Positions 26,576 through 40,424 of a DNA stretch of 64,000 nucleotides are shown here, in pieces. The notes under the pieces were generated by a model. That model was not told where the DNA came from, did not search any database, and worked only from the letters and a program-made list of their open reading frames with translations. The stretch comes from the human T2T-CHM13v2.0 reference genome, Homo sapiens. The position numbers and the translations under genes were made by a program. The stretch lies in the NCBI RefSeq assembly GCF_009914755.1, contig NC_060934.1; one strand, 5' to 3'. Numbering within the stretch: the first letter of the stretch is position 1; each line of letters opens with the position of its first letter.

Positions 26576-28912
26576 TAAATGCCCACTTTACGAAGAAATG
26601 GGATATGAACCTTGAGAGGGGAGTGAAGTTTGACTTAATACAGGACTGACTGAACCCCAGGCTTTTACTTGATCAATCGTATTTTGGGACAGTATGCAGT
26701 TTCAAAAAACACAAATGCAAAGATAATCTAAGTGAAATGCACTGTGGACATATTTTCTATTCCAAATCTAATATGTTTTGACCTCACTAGCAGCCTGCAT
26801 TTTAAAAAGGAGAAATACTTTTATATAAAGTAATCTTTATTTTTCATAATCAAAAGAATCTCTGTTTTATTTTGGACTATCCTAACCCACACTTATGGTG
26901 TACAGCAAACCAAGGAAACCCTGGAAACAGGAGGAGGAGGGGGAGAAAAGAAAAAACAAATGCCTTGGGATTAAAGAGTAAAGAAAATAAAGGCAGACAC
27001 CAAAGCAAAGACCTGTGCCTCCTCTTACACAGTAAGCATTTCCTTCAGCCATCAACTAATGTTTAAATAAAATTATTTAAGGCAGTTGATCTCCATTTAT
27101 TCAGCCTTCTCTCTAAAACGGTTTTTATTCTGGAATCTCATTAAGTCACATGAACAGCTGCACCAAGTTGTTATGGCAACAGGAATTTTAAAGGTAAATT
27201 AATTTTGCTACAAGGTGTTATTAAGACCAGGTAAGGGTGGCCTTGAATAATAATGGCTCCTCTCTGCTCCGCAGAGCATGACAGCTCCCATTGAGCTGCA
27301 AGAGCTGCAATAGAAGAGAAACATCCTTGATTTATTGTCATCTCTTAACAATTCTTACAGGAAATATGGCCATAAATTGTGTTGGTTTATTGCAGATTTG
27401 TACATCCCACTTTTAATCCTCCATAAAATTATAGATTGAAGGAGTGCTTCAGCTCATCAGTCCATTGGTTTCTGATGAACTTATAAAGGAGAAACTACCA
27501 TTTAGACAGTTTCTCTTGTGAAATGACAATATATTCCTAGAGAGCTTTATGTTATGGAAAAAATGTGACCTTTCAATTTTAGAGAAAGAAGTTGGAAAAA
27601 GTCTCAATCCTAAATTCAGGTTACATCTAAGTGAGCACACAGATGAAAAAAAATTCGGCAAGTGGCTTCTAAATTGGGATCAGAGAAGAGAAAAGCTCTG
27701 AGTTTCATCTGCACAAGTCCTATAAAACTGTTCCAAATTCTGGATTCCCTAGGTTTGTACTTTCCAATGTCTGTTTTTGTTTGTTATTTTTGCTTTGTTT
27801 TTGTTTTGACTTTTAACACTAGTCCTAGAAAAGTCTTCCATGGTCAAGTAATTATGGGCTATCATTCATAATGTAGGTCACAGAGCAATTTAGCAGGTTC
27901 GAAGCCCTGCCAAGTCCTGCTAAAAAGAACGCATCTTGATTGTTTTTAACCCAATATTTTACAGGCACTGTTTGTCATGGAACATTTTTAAAATATGTCC
28001 CTAGTTTTGAGTAAAATTTATTAACATCAGGTGGACCTACTTTGAGAAATACTCCTTAGATTAAAATCTTGAGGTCAAAATTACTGAGAGCTAAACATGG
28101 CTACTATACTTGAAAAATCGCTTCAAGTTTAGGAATATCTGTTTTCCTTTAACTAAGTTCTAGTGCTAATAGGATCATTACCTCTTCTGCTCCTTATTTT
28201 AAAATTATGTATTATGTGTCAAACACTGACCTAACGGCTTTGCATGAGCTGTATGATAGAGTCTGGTCATATCCTCTCTACTAGTGCAAAACACACATAT
28301 GTGCTTAAACGTTCAGGGCACACATGCTTGCACATGCACATACATGCACCAACACATGCTCACATACATTTTCCAAGAAGACAAAGTGGTGGAAAAAATG
28401 ACTACTCTGTTTATTTTCAAGCAGTGTGTTTCAGTATAAAGTAAAAACTCATCACTAACCCTGCAAAAGAATTCTATGATAGCAATCTGGAATTTCTGGG
28501 AGTGAAGCTGAACAGTAAAGCAGCAGAGCAAGTGAGATGGTTGATATGCAAGGGGAAGGATCAAAACATGGTGCCCTCTTTCTCTGAAAAAGACTGATGA
28601 AATCCACACAGGGCTTGGCACCTGGCTGGGAGGGGCAGATCATTGGTTTGTAAACTTTCATAGAGACATCACCAGCAGGAATCTAGCCAAAACCAAACAA
28701 ACAAAAACAGAGACAAAAAAGAGTAGTGTGACGTTTTCCTTCCTTCACGGACATGTTGGTCCAGTATTTCTAATCCATTTTTCTTAAAATTTGTCTGGGT
28801 CATCTGTTCTTGTTAAAATGTACACTCAGCATATTATACATCTGAAAGAAAAACTAACTTGAAAAACTGACTCGAGCAAGCATCAAACCAGTAATAGAAA
28901 ATTATTTCCCAT

Positions 28913-29467
28913 GAGATTCCTTAAAGAACTAAAAGTAGATCTACCTACCATCCCACTCCTGGGTATCTACTCAGAAGAAAAGAAGTCATTAGATGAAAAA
29001 GATACTTGCACAAATATGTTTATAGCACCACAATTTGCAACTGCAAAAATATGGAACCAGCCCAAATGCCCATCAATCAACGAGTGGATAAAGAAAATGT
29101 GATGTATATTTACCATGGAATACTACTAAGCCATAAAAAGGAATGAAATAATGGCATTTGCAGCAACCTGGATGGAATTGGAGACCATTATTCTAAGTAA
29201 AGTAACTCAAGAATGGAAAGCCAAACATCCTGTGTTCTCACTCATAAATGGGAGCTAAGCTATGAGGACACAAAGACATAAGAATAATACAATGGACTTT
29301 GGGGACTTGGGGGAAAGGGTGGGAGGGGATGAGGGATAAAAGGCTATACATTGGGTACAGTGGACACTGCTCAGGTGATGGGTGAACTGAAATCTCAGAA
29401 ATCACCACTAAAGAACTTATTCATGTAACCAAACACCACCTGTTTCCCAAAAACCTATTGAAAAAAA
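28913..29467 (+). mobile_element. L1PB1-like 3' end
   Basis: ORF2 C-terminus RFLKELKVDLP..PLLGIY; 3'UTR aatcaccactaaagaacttattcatgtaaccaaacaccacctg; TSD aaa(a/g)ttatttccca(t/c)ga. Confidence 0.9.
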
Positions 29468-29989
29468 GTTATTTCCCACGAATATCTGTGCAATTTAAAA
29501 CATATACATAAAAGTATATTAATATTCCTCACACTCACACCTTTTGAGACCACTAGAAAGATTTAGGGGAAAAAAAAAGGAAATTCAGACAAAAGTAGTT
29601 TTTCAAGCTGAGTCCTCAAAGCAACAAGTAGTAGCATCCTCTGATCACTTAGCAATAAGTTCCTGTAGCTCCTTTTGCACCAGGTAGTCAAGTAGGGACA
29701 ACTGGTACTGCCAGGGACCAGGCTACATTTGGGGAGCTGACAAGAGCAGCATCAGAGTAGGCTCTAGTGAGGAAGCTCATTGGGTTCATGGCATGCAGCC
29801 CATGAAAGGGATGAAGCAAGAGGACCCCCTGGTCAGGGCAGGGCATCCATCACGTTGGGAAGAGCAGCCAGTGCAGGGTCAGGCTGGTGAACGGAGGGGA
29901 CGGGCCAAACGTGAATCTCAAAGCAGAAGCAAATACAGGCAGGTGCAAACCCAAGCGCTGTGCTTGGCCTCTTCAATGTGGATTGCAAA

Positions 29990-30090
29990 ACAACAGTATT
30001 TACTGGGGCTTGCTATAGACAAGACACTCTGCTAGGGGAAGGGGATACGTAGAGGCAACAAGACAAAATGCCTACCTTACAGAGAGGGTA
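29990..30090 (-). mobile_element. L2 3' fragment
   Basis: agtatttactggggcttgctatagacaagacactctgctagggg...aacaagacaaaatgcct. Confidence 0.55.
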
Positions 30091-30097
30091 TGGACTA

Positions 30098-30437
30098 ATT
30101 GATATGCTGCATAATGACCATTCATCAATGAAGGACCGCATATTCTATGGTAGTCCCATAAGATTCTAATACCATATTTTTACTGTATCTTTTACGTGTT
30201 TAGTATGTTTAGATACACCAATACCATTGTGTTCCAATTGCCTACAGTATTCAGCACAGTCATATGCCATCCAGGTTTGCAGCCTAGGGGCACAGGCTAC
30301 ATCATACAGCCTAGGCGTATAGTAGGCTATGCCATCTACATGTGTGTAAGGACACTCTATGATGTTCACACAATGACAAAATCACCTAATAGCACATTTC
30401 CCAGAACATGTCCCTAACATTAAGCAATGAATGACTG
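30098..30437 (-). mobile_element. Tigger3a (MER7A) DNA transposon
   Basis: ggaccgcata...gtcccataagatt...tgcctacagtattcag...ctctatgatgttcacacaatgacaaaatcacctaa...atgactg followed by TA. Confidence 0.85.
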
Positions 30438-30734
30438 TAGCTGAAAAGGGTAATTTAACAACGGAAAGCAGTGGGTGGCAGTCAAGAGTTCTAAGAAGTC
30501 CAAGGTGAAAGTGCTCTGTGAATAGATTGCTGGTCTCCTATTTTGCTTTTTGAGCCCATCTGTGCTGTGCTTTTGGAAAAATGTTGTCAGTCCTAACCTC
30601 CAACACTCTCAGTGCATTTGGAGCAATACACTTCTGGTGAACAGAGAAAATACCATATTCTGCAAGTGAGATTTTTTGTCTCCATTCTGTGGTTATTCTT
30701 TATCCAACAAAATGAAGTTTTAGAATTTAAGTTA

Positions 30735-31060
30735 ATGAACATTTATTGTGGACCTAGCTTACAGAGTAAAGGGACAGATGAGTAAAAGAGTCTTTGCCCT
30801 CAAGAGTTATGAAACCTGAATCACAAGAGAAGTATAAAAAGGGACTACCAGAGAGTTCAGATGAAATGAGGTGCATAATGAATGTGCCTTCAGTGGGGCA
30901 CAGATGGAGTTATGTGGGAGGGCATGGGGAAACTCTTAATGCAGGAGTTGGCCTTCAGATGATCCTTCAAGTGGGATGGTCATTAGAAGGAGAAGAGATC
31001 CCCAAGGATGAGCAATGCCAGTATCTGAGGCCAGATGGCCCGGAAAGGCTGGTGCTAGGG
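30735..31060 (-). mobile_element. L2 fragments
   Basis: aacatttattgtggacc...tttgccctcaagagtt and purine-rich decayed L2 body. Confidence 0.4.
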
Positions 31061-34000
31061 GGAGCAGCAGTCACTCTGTTTGTCAGAGCCCAGGAGCTCT
31101 TGTACAGAGGCAATGGCTGCACCAGCTGGTGGAACTACATTGCAGGAAACCTCCAAAGCCACACAGGGTTCATCTGCTTTTCAAAAGGCAAAAAAGGACT
31201 GGTGGGAAGTTTCTGAGCCAGAAGGAGACAATATCAGTTATATCTAAACCAAAATATTTTTAACTTGGTGCAAGGTTTCTAGATAAATCAGGGAACTGGA
31301 TAATGAGTCAGAAAGAGTGCCAGGAGGATGTCAGCATCGCAGAGGTGCTCCCTGCTAACATCACATCCTGCACTCAATTTTTTTTTTCTTTAAATCACTG
31401 CTCGGGTTGTGTGGCATGTAATGAGAATGGTAAAATGCTTTGTTCTTATTACTGTAATTTCAATAACAAATATGGAAAGAAACAACGAAATGGCCTACAC
31501 AATAAAAATAATTGTTAACCCATTTTACTAGCTCTGTGGCTAAATTATATTTTTATAAATTACAGTTCCAGTGGAGGCAAATGTGCTCGCAAGTTCCTTG
31601 TTAACAAGGTCACCAGTATAATTTGAATATTTTCCACAGCTGTTGCTCTCACACCTAAAGAGGGAAACAGCTCCAGCTATGTAGGGCAAGTGAACGAGAA
31701 TGCTAATGAGTCTAACAGATTGGTTCAAAATAGAAGCATAAACCTTCAATTCATGAGGACACAACCGTTACGAAACCAAAGCCGAGGAGCTGGTCTGTGT
31801 TGAGGAATTCAACACTGCAACATCGTTCGAATATTTGACATAGTTCTTGACCCAGGCTTGGCAAAATTTGTCCACTATAAATAGAGGAAGGAGGGAAAAG
31901 TTTATGAGAGACCATATAATTCCATAAACATGAATTTCACTCTTAGAAGAATCCATAAAGAATACTTTGAAAACATGCTTTGTGAACGCTCTTTCACTGA
32001 ATTACTGTGTAAAGCGTTTTGGCAGCAGTATCATGTTCTATACAGCAGAGCTAAAATTGCAAATTCACAATGATACAAGTGATATTAGGTAATTAAGACA
32101 ATAAAGATTTATTTGATGATAAGAATCAATGGCTTGATTTACCAAATCAATTGGTTTACTATTTTGTTTGTTTAAGTGGAGATGAAGTAAACTTCCATCA
32201 CAGTCCTTAATGATAAATCTTTATTGTTGCTGCTCTTTTCCATTCTATCTGCGTTGAGAAACTAGTTTTTGGAACTCGCTGTAAGAGCTGTAGAATGGGA
32301 ACAGGCTGAACCACTGAGTAAGAGGGAAACAGGTTTTGCACAAGACGACGTGCAAGTGGAGGATCTGACGTGGTTTGAAAAGCCGTGGGGCTTTGACTAA
32401 CACACTGAGGCATGGAGGAAATGCCACCAAATTCCTACCAAAGCACACTCTGAACATCGACATTATACTAAAGCGAATAATAAATAAGGGGCAAGAACTT
32501 GCAGGCACTGCCCATTTGCATTAAAGTCTGACAAATTCCTGCTCCCAAAGAATTCCTCAGGAAATGCATTGAGATGATGATTCTCAGATCAATTCCCTAG
32601 CATTCAGGGGAAAAGAAAAGTTTTTTAAAATCACAAAATTAAAAAACAATGTCTTTCAATACTCCAGGCACTGATTTGAGATGTTACACTTTTTGAAGCC
32701 AGACTCGGTACTTTTTGGTATATTGGGCTCAGAGTCTCACTGGTACTAAGCTTATTTGATGCTTTGGTGTGTTGGGCACAGAGCTTTCCCTGGTATGTAG
32801 CTTATTTGTAAGTTTCTATAAATTGTTGCAAGTCAGCTGTAGGAAAAGCAGGCATCTTGAGAAGTCCTGGTAATTATTCCAGAGCACTAGGCTTACATTA
32901 AAAAATAAAAAAAAAAAACTTAGCCCAGAGTGTTGTGAAAAAGACCAATGGAGATTATCATTTAGCTACCTAAGAAGAGTGTAAAGAAAACAAATTATTA
33001 TCCTAAAATACTAGTGATGATTTACCTAATTAATCTTTGACAGCTTGAAATGTGTCCTCAGCAAACGGTAATGTGGTAGTGTGTGCTCAAGGAACACTAG
33101 ATTAATGAAGCACAGATATAAAAATTGCATCTGTTAGATTATGTAATTCTCTCTGAGTAATTTTAATTACTGGGTATTTCAGGACCTTCCAAATCTTCTT
33201 AGAACAAAAATGTCTTATTTTATTTTTAAGAAAACTTACTTTGAGTTTTCCATCACGCTAAATATTTTACTCATCGAGACCTTTTTTAAATTATAAGACT
33301 TTTTTTTTCTTTCTTTGATTTTGGCAGCATGGGAGAAGGAAGGTAAATGAACATAGAGAAGTTATCTAACAATTTGTTTTCATTTAACATTGAATAAGGG
33401 AGAGATTTGTTTCCTCTCCAGATTTTAAGAGATTTAAATAAGGTCGTTTATGTTCAGCTCAGTTAAGCTACTGATGATCATTCTGTTCTCTTGGCAGTAA
33501 AGTGTCCTCAGCCTATTATTTCTTTAGAACAATAAAATAGCCCGGGCTGCCCAAGCCATCATCCTACAATGGGTAGAACCATGCATAGATTATTAGCTTG
33601 CAACCACACTTCTGCCTCTATTAGATCATGGCAAGGGGGCCTGACAGCATAGACCTGCTTCTTGATAGAACAAAAAAAGAAGGCTAGCCCGTTCACGACA
33701 AGATCATTTACTAAGAAAATATTCAATACTCAACAATTGCAAGTCTTGGGACATTTAGAAAATAAAATAGACTTACACTCCTTGAAGTCATCCCAGGAGA
33801 ATTCTTCCGGTGAAGACTAAGGTGATCATTCAGCCCCTCGCTCGTTGGGGAGAGAGAGTTAAGTCACAACTGAGATGAGAACATTGGTCCATGGCATTGT
33901 GAAATGGATATGCGCGTTAGTATAAAGGGCATCACTTAGTTCATTTCCATCTGGCCAGTGTTTATTCTGTGCTTTTTGTATAAGGCGAGAGTGCAAAGAG

Positions 34001-34609
34001 GTATGACCAGTCCTCTAGGAATCCCTAGCCAGTAAAAAACTTTTGTCAAAACAGAGGAGAATTCCTCTTCTAGCAATGTCCATCTAGCTGGCTTCTGACT
34101 CACCTTCCAACTCAAAACAATGAGACATACTATGTGTTAAATGTATCAATATATACACACACACAATTAAAATCTGTTTGAAACTATAGGGCTCCCAAAG
34201 TAGAAACCTCAGATTTCACAATTAAGAAAACTGAACACCAGTTAAAATTTCAGTTTCAGATAAGCAATAGGTAATTTTTAGTTCATGTATGTTCCAAATA
34301 TAGCATGGGACACGTGTCAAAAGTTATTAATTGTCTCTCTGACGTTTCAGTGTAACTTAGTGTCACACATTTGCCTACAGCAAAGCAGGGAGAACCTGAG
34401 GGGCTACCATTCAGGACATCCTGACAGACGGGGCTTGTTTTCCCTGTGAGGCACCTGTTGATTCTAAGCACGGCAGCTTAGAAGCAGAGAGGACAAGTGA
34501 GATTGCAGAACACCTGTGGAATTCAAGGGACACAATTTGACTGTGCCGGCCCACCAATGAATAAGGCCTTTATTCAACACTCCTTTGGCTAAGGTGTAGG
34601 AATAAGGAG

Positions 34610-35011
34610 TGCTGTGAGTTTCATTGCATCCTCAAAAGGTGGTTTAAGTCCTAATCCCTGTGGCCTGTGAATGTGACCTTCTTTGGTGATAGCGTCTTTG
34701 CAGACGATCAAGTTAAGATCATTAGAATGGGCCCTTCTCCAATACGATGGTGTCTTTATAAAATGGGCAGATTTGGACACAGACAAGCACATGAGGAGAG
34801 CACCATATGAAGATGAAGCCGGGGATGCTGTGATGCTTCCACACATCAAAGACCGTCAGCACAACCCCGGAAGCTAGGAGAATGCCTGGAGTAGATTCTT
34901 CCTCACACCTTCATGAGAAACCAGTCCTGTCGATGAGAGAGAATATATTTCTGCTGTTCTAAGCCACCAGTTTTGGTAACTTTGTCATGGCAGCCTTGGG
35001 AAACTAAAACA
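34610..35011 (+). mobile_element. MaLR LTR (MLT1B/C-like)
   Basis: gtcctaatccc...tgtgaatgtgaccttctttgg...gtctttgcaga...tttctgctgttctaagccaccagttttggtaactttgtcatggcagcc...aaactaaaaca. Confidence 0.85.
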
Positions 35012-35299
35012 AGGGTCAAGTGGAGGCAGCACTGCCCTTGGAGGGTTGAGGCCCAGCTCACTCCATTGCTGCAAATCCTGTCTAAATCATCTCCCTTTGC
35101 TAAGTGCTCCCAAACACCCAGCTTGTCAGAAACCAAAAATAAGCCATCCTAGGAGGAGTACAGTAACATTCAAGGCCTCAGGATATTTCCACATACGCCA
35201 TGTTCAGCACCATATCAAAACAACCAGGCGTAGAATAAAACAAAACGGAAACTACAGCAGCAAAAGAAAAAAAGAAGTTATGAAAAGATGCTCAAAACA

Positions 35300-36010
35300 A
35301 TGAATCCTCAGGAAAATAAACACACTGAAATCATAACATTGTCCTTTCACATCCTTACCAAAATGTCTTTAATTTAAAATGCTGATGATGCCAGGTGTTG
35401 GCTAGAGCTCTGCCTCTCAGAGTGTAAACTGGGGCAAGTATGCTGGAAAAGTATTTAGTGTTATCTACTAAGTTTTAACATACTCACTTCCTGTGCCCCA
35501 GTAACTGTATGCCTTGGCTTATCCTTCACACAAATGTGCACATATATGCAGCAAAAAACACAAACACAGATATCCATAGCAACATCGTTCATAATAGCTC
35601 CCAAATGGAAACAACTCAAATGTCCATCAAGAGTAGACAAATAGAATTCCATACACCAATGAAAAGGAACACGCTCAAGATGCATACAGCAACATGAGTG
35701 TAGCTTTCAAGCATGGCATTCAGTAAAAGAGCCAGAAAGAAAGCTCTATGTATTGGGTGATTCTATTTACATAAAGTTTGAGATGATAAAAACTAACTAG
35801 GGCATTAGAGTCCTGGAACAGAGCTCATCTTTTGGAAGCAAGGTGGACAGAATACCAAGAAAGGAGTACTTCTCTTGCATGGGTGGGTTCTATTTCTTGA
35901 TCATAAAGGTAGCTATACCATTGTGTTTACTTGGTGATAGTTTGTCAAGCTATACGCTTATGACTTGAGTAATTTTTGTATCTGTTTTTATGGTTACAAT
36001 TTTAAAAATT
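35300..36010 (+). mobile_element. Old L1ME/MD 3' fragment
   Basis: atccatagcaacatcgttcataatagctcccaaatggaaacaactcaaatgtccatcaa; tgattctatttacataaagtt. Confidence 0.75.
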
Positions 36011-36011
36011 A

Positions 36012-36207
36012 TCTATTTTTCATTTTTGGCTTCCATAGGTTTTGGAGGAACAGGTGATACTTGATTACACGAGTAAGTTTGTTGGTGGTGATTTGTGAGA
36101 TTTTGGTGCACCCATCTCTCAAGCAGTATACATTGCACCCAATTTGTAGTCTTTTATCCCTCACCCCCTTCCCACCCTTTCCCTTGAGTCCCCAAAGTCC
36201 ATTGTGT

Positions 36208-36239
<32 letters not shown>

Positions 36240-36556
36240 GAGATGGAGTCTCGCTCTGTTGCCAGTCTGGAGTGCAGTGGCACAATCTACCTCCTGGGTT
36301 CAAGTGATTCTCCTGCCTCAGCTTCCCAAGCAGCTGGGACTATAGGTATGTGCCATCATGCCCAGCTAATTTTTTGTATTTTTAGTAGAGACAGGGTTTC
36401 GCCATATTGCCCAGGATGGTCTTGATCTCTTGACCTCACGATCTGCCTGCTTTGGCCTCCCAAAGTGCTGGGATTACAGGCATGAGCCACCATGCCCAGC
36501 CCATTGTGTCATTTTTATGCCTTTGCATCCTCATAGCTTAGGTCCCACTCATGAGC
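36012..36556 (-). mobile_element. L1PB-like 3' end interrupted by an Alu
   Basis: ggtggtgatttgtgagattttggtgcacccatc...gagtccccaaagtccattgtgtc[Alu]atttttatgcctttgcatcctcatagcttag. Confidence 0.85.
36209..36501 (-). mobile_element. AluSc-like with a short internal deletion
   Basis: TSD cattgtgtc (36200-36208 / 36502-36510); ggcacaatctacctcc lacks about 18 nt of consensus. Confidence 0.93.
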
Positions 36557-36579
36557 GTTTCATCCAAAAACACCTTCCA

Positions 36580-36716
36580 ATCAGCCTCCGACTGATTGGA
36601 TGAGACAAATGTATACATTAGGGAATGCAATCTATTGCACTCAGAGTCCACTGATTTAAGTATTAATCTCATCCAAAAACACCCTCCAAGTTGATACATA
36701 AAATTAACCATTGCAA
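36580..36716 (-). mobile_element. MLT2 (ERVL) LTR fragment
   Basis: gactgattggatgag...gtccactgatttaagtattaatctcatccaaaaacaccctccaagttgatacataaaattaaccat. Confidence 0.75.
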
Positions 36717-36979
36717 CAAACAATGGATTAAAAAATAATGTTGTGGGATGGTGGGCATTGTGAAGCACTGAGTTTTGTGGAATTTGAGATGTACTTCAGC
36801 AATAGTACTTCCAAACTGAGTAAATCACAGGGATACCAAGCTTTAGGGCAGCAAGTCAAAATTTACTGGGCTGTTTTACCAAAAGCTAACACCTTTCTAG
36901 AGGTGACAAATATTATCAGATTCTTGTTTACCATTTCAGAGCTATTTTATCCATAGACAAGAAGACAATTATTTTCTCC

Positions 36980-37920
36980 TCTCTTGCACAATGATGGTAT
37001 ACTATATTTGCTATTTTGCATAATGCTTCTTTCTTAACAGTATAAAATAAGAGATAATTTTATATTTCTACCAAATTATAAATAGTTTAAACATTCTTTA
37101 TAGCTACAAAGTATTTGCAATTTTCATAATTTCTTTAACTATCAACCTAGTCATAAACATTTAGATTATTCTCAGTCTTTTGCTATCACCAAGAATGTTA
37201 CAATAAATAATCTTCTAGATAATTTATTTCAAATGTGTATGAATTACATCTATTGGGTAAATTCTTAAAAGAAAAAATACTAGGTAAAATGGCACAATAT
37301 TTGTGACTTTTATGCCATTATGAAATTTTATTTCTAGACGTGAGTCTATTTGCACTCTATTGGTGACGTAAGAGAGTTTCTATTTCCTCTATGTATAGTA
37401 AACTCTTTGTTCTTTACCAATATGATTAATAGAATATACTTCCATGAGTTTTAATTTGCATTTCTATTATTATAAATGAGCTTGGGTATGTTTTTGCTTG
37501 CATAAGATCTGTTTGTATTTCCTGTCTTTAAACAATCTGATCATAAAAAGTACCCTTTTATCTATTGAGTTGTTGGCATTTCTAATTGATTTGCAGGAAC
37601 TCTTTATATATTCATGAAAAGAGTCCTTTGTAAAATGGGTCAAAGTGTTTTTTCTAGTTTATCGTTTGTGTTTTGACTATGGCTGTTTTAAGCTTGCAGG
37701 TAGCTTTTGTTTTAGGTAGCACAACTCAATCATCTTTACTTTTCATAACTCTTAAGTTTTATATCTCATTGAAAAAGACTTCCTCTTTCCAAGATTACTT
37801 AAAAAGTATCTTCATGTAGTTTCTTCTTATAGATTTATTTATGTTTTGCATCTATGTCTTGGATTCACCTGAAACTTATTCTACTCTAAGGCATGAGGTA
37901 GGAATTCAAATTTATCTGTG
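36980..37920 (-). mobile_element. Ancient L1M fragment
   Basis: T-rich: aaacatttagattattctcagtcttttgctatcac; ttttaatttgcatttctattatta; tttgcaggaactctttatatatt. Confidence 0.7.
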
Positions 37921-38689
37921 AAGGAAATTCAACACTCTCATGAAACAATTCATGAGAGTACTTATCTTTTTTACAATTGTTAAGTAATTATCATTTGAAA
38001 AAATACATAATTTCCAAATACAACTATAAACTTTGTAGCACTTTGAAGGGTACTGGTAGAGAGGTAAACATGTGTATGAGCTATTCTACATCAAGTATTA
38101 ATTTATGGCATCCTTTTTAACTCGATGCATCCACTCATCCCCATATACATTCTCTTAAGGCCACTATGGATGTGGATGCCACAAATTAACAATCACTGCC
38201 ACCGCCTCTCTGAGTCACATGGTGCATGATGCTATCTCTTCTCCTGTTCTCCTGTCCTCTAACTTTTCACCAGTATCCTGTCATCTGAGAATATAATTCA
38301 TGGTGATATAAAAGGCAGCCATCACTGTTATTTTATCTTACATTTAAAATAAGAAGGGGAAAAGGTATTTGAAGCCAGATTATTAAAGAACAGCACAGAC
38401 CCAGCATCATCATCAAACTTTGAGGAAGGAACTCAATTATAGCCCATTAAAAGACTCAAAGCTCTCTTGAGGTTGGGGCTTATTAACATAACTCAAATTT
38501 CGTTCAAGGTGCATTTCTAACTATTTTATTATATATAATCTTATTTTCTCCTTAAAAATATGTGTTTGGTGGTTGAGACTAGACATGGAATCAAGAAGGG
38601 CACTTGGTTTTTTTATCTTAGATAAATGAAATGAAGAAAACCATGGAAGTGACTTTGTGGGGAGGGAAACTGAGAGCTCCACCTTGGAA

Positions 38690-38950
38690 TCGCATTCCTG
38701 AGATGTCATTAAGTCACATAGATGGAGATGTCAAGAAGAGAATTATGGGCACCTAGACCAGAGAGAGAGGTTCAGGAATCACCAGCATTGAGAGACTATT
38801 GAAGGCAACAGGGCTGGACAAAATCACTTGGAAAAAAGCCAAGCTGGGAAAGAGAGGTGGTCCCAAGACCAAACTCTGGGTCTGGTTGGAGGAGAAGCCT
38901 GCAAGAGAGACTGGCAAGGTGAGATCCCACTGCTGGGAAACAGAAGGGGG
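38690..38950 (-). mobile_element. L2 fragment
   Basis: atggagatgtcaagaag...ggaatcaccagcat...tattgaaggcaacagggctggacaaaatcact. Confidence 0.55.
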
Positions 38951-40424
38951 CATTGAGGGCTTGAGAGGGAGGCAGTGAGAGAGGGGCCACTGGTGCTGAT
39001 GCTGGCTGCAGCCAGAGAACAGGATGCAGATGGAGAATGGCCCACAGGCTCAGGTGAGGGTCTCAGTGATGGTGAGCATGCAGGCCAGATGGGGCTGGAA
39101 AGGGATTTGAAGCTGGCAGGGAGAGACAGCAAGTTTAGCCCATTCATTCCAAAATGATTGCGTGATGGGTGGGGAGAGAAGGTGGAATGGACAGGAGGGA
39201 TCTTTAAGGTAGGTCATTTTGTTTGCAAGATCTTACAGACCATGAAGGCAACAGGATAGGAAGACAGGGCTGCTGGGCGGTGGGAATTGCCCATCTGGGA
39301 TCTGTGGGTATGACTTTACATAAAAGCCTGAGATGACTTAATCCTCCCATGATCAGCTGTCTGGTCTAAAGAGAGGGAACCTAGTTGGGTTTAACCAGAA
39401 ATAGAGCTTTTCCAGGTGAGGGGCCAGTCTTTAGTGAGAGGGAGATGCTTCGAAGTATGGGAGATATTATAACCCATCTCAGAGAAGCCAGGGATTTTGA
39501 AGGAGAAAGGAAGAGAAGAGATTTAGAAATGTGGACTCATGCTCTCTCTCTCTCTCTCTCTCTGTCTATCTGTCTGTTTTGTAAAGGGGAACAAATCCAA
39601 ATAAGCTTATGGTCTTATTCTACAAGATTCAAAAGAGTGGCTGACCCAGATGCCTCTTAAGCTTCTACAGTCCACCATACTCGCAGCTTTATTCCTACCC
39701 TGCTATGACAGTCTCTCAACCGTGAGTCATACCAAGGGAAGCTTTATCACTAGATGAAGACGAAATGCCAAATTCTGTAACCCACTGACAGTAAAAATTT
39801 CAAGCCACCAGTCTTGTAGACAGTACTCTAAGTACATTCTAATTTGGGAAATAGAATAAGATCATCTTACATAAATTTCCCATCCATTCTGTACACCAAT
39901 TTTTATGTTTGAACTGTGATATACTATTAAAATAAGGAAGGCACTGTGTGGGCGTTGGTGGGAGTACCTTCTGAGATGTTGATATATGAGGTAACTGATC
40001 TACCTGATAACCTGCATGCTTTATAAATGAGCTGTTGAACTCTCTGCTAAATTTCAGTCTTAAATCATGATTCAAAGATGCAATTGTGCATTTATTAAAG
40101 TGACGGGAGACAGTGTGATGCACTAGAGCTAGGGACCTACTCACTGAAGGGGGCACAAGAAAAAAAGGAAAAGCTTTCCAAGATATTGGGAAACTTTGAG
40201 ACTAGAAGCATTGCTTTGAATATGCTTGCTGCTTGCTGTAATTAAAACATTTTAAAGTAGAAAAAAAAAGCAGAAAACAAAACAAACCTAGTCATGAGTC
40301 TTCTAAGTAACTTTCTATTTATTCTGGTGTCCTCTTCTCCACATCTGCCTAAGAGCTTCAAGTCCTGGATTTTGTCCCTACCCTCCAAATTTTGGGGAGG
40401 ATATTTTTGAAAGTTTTAGCCAAC

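Noticed and set aside
30794-31216. 140-aa ORF
   Set aside because: Overlaps decayed L2 sequence and shows no recognisable domain or exon structure
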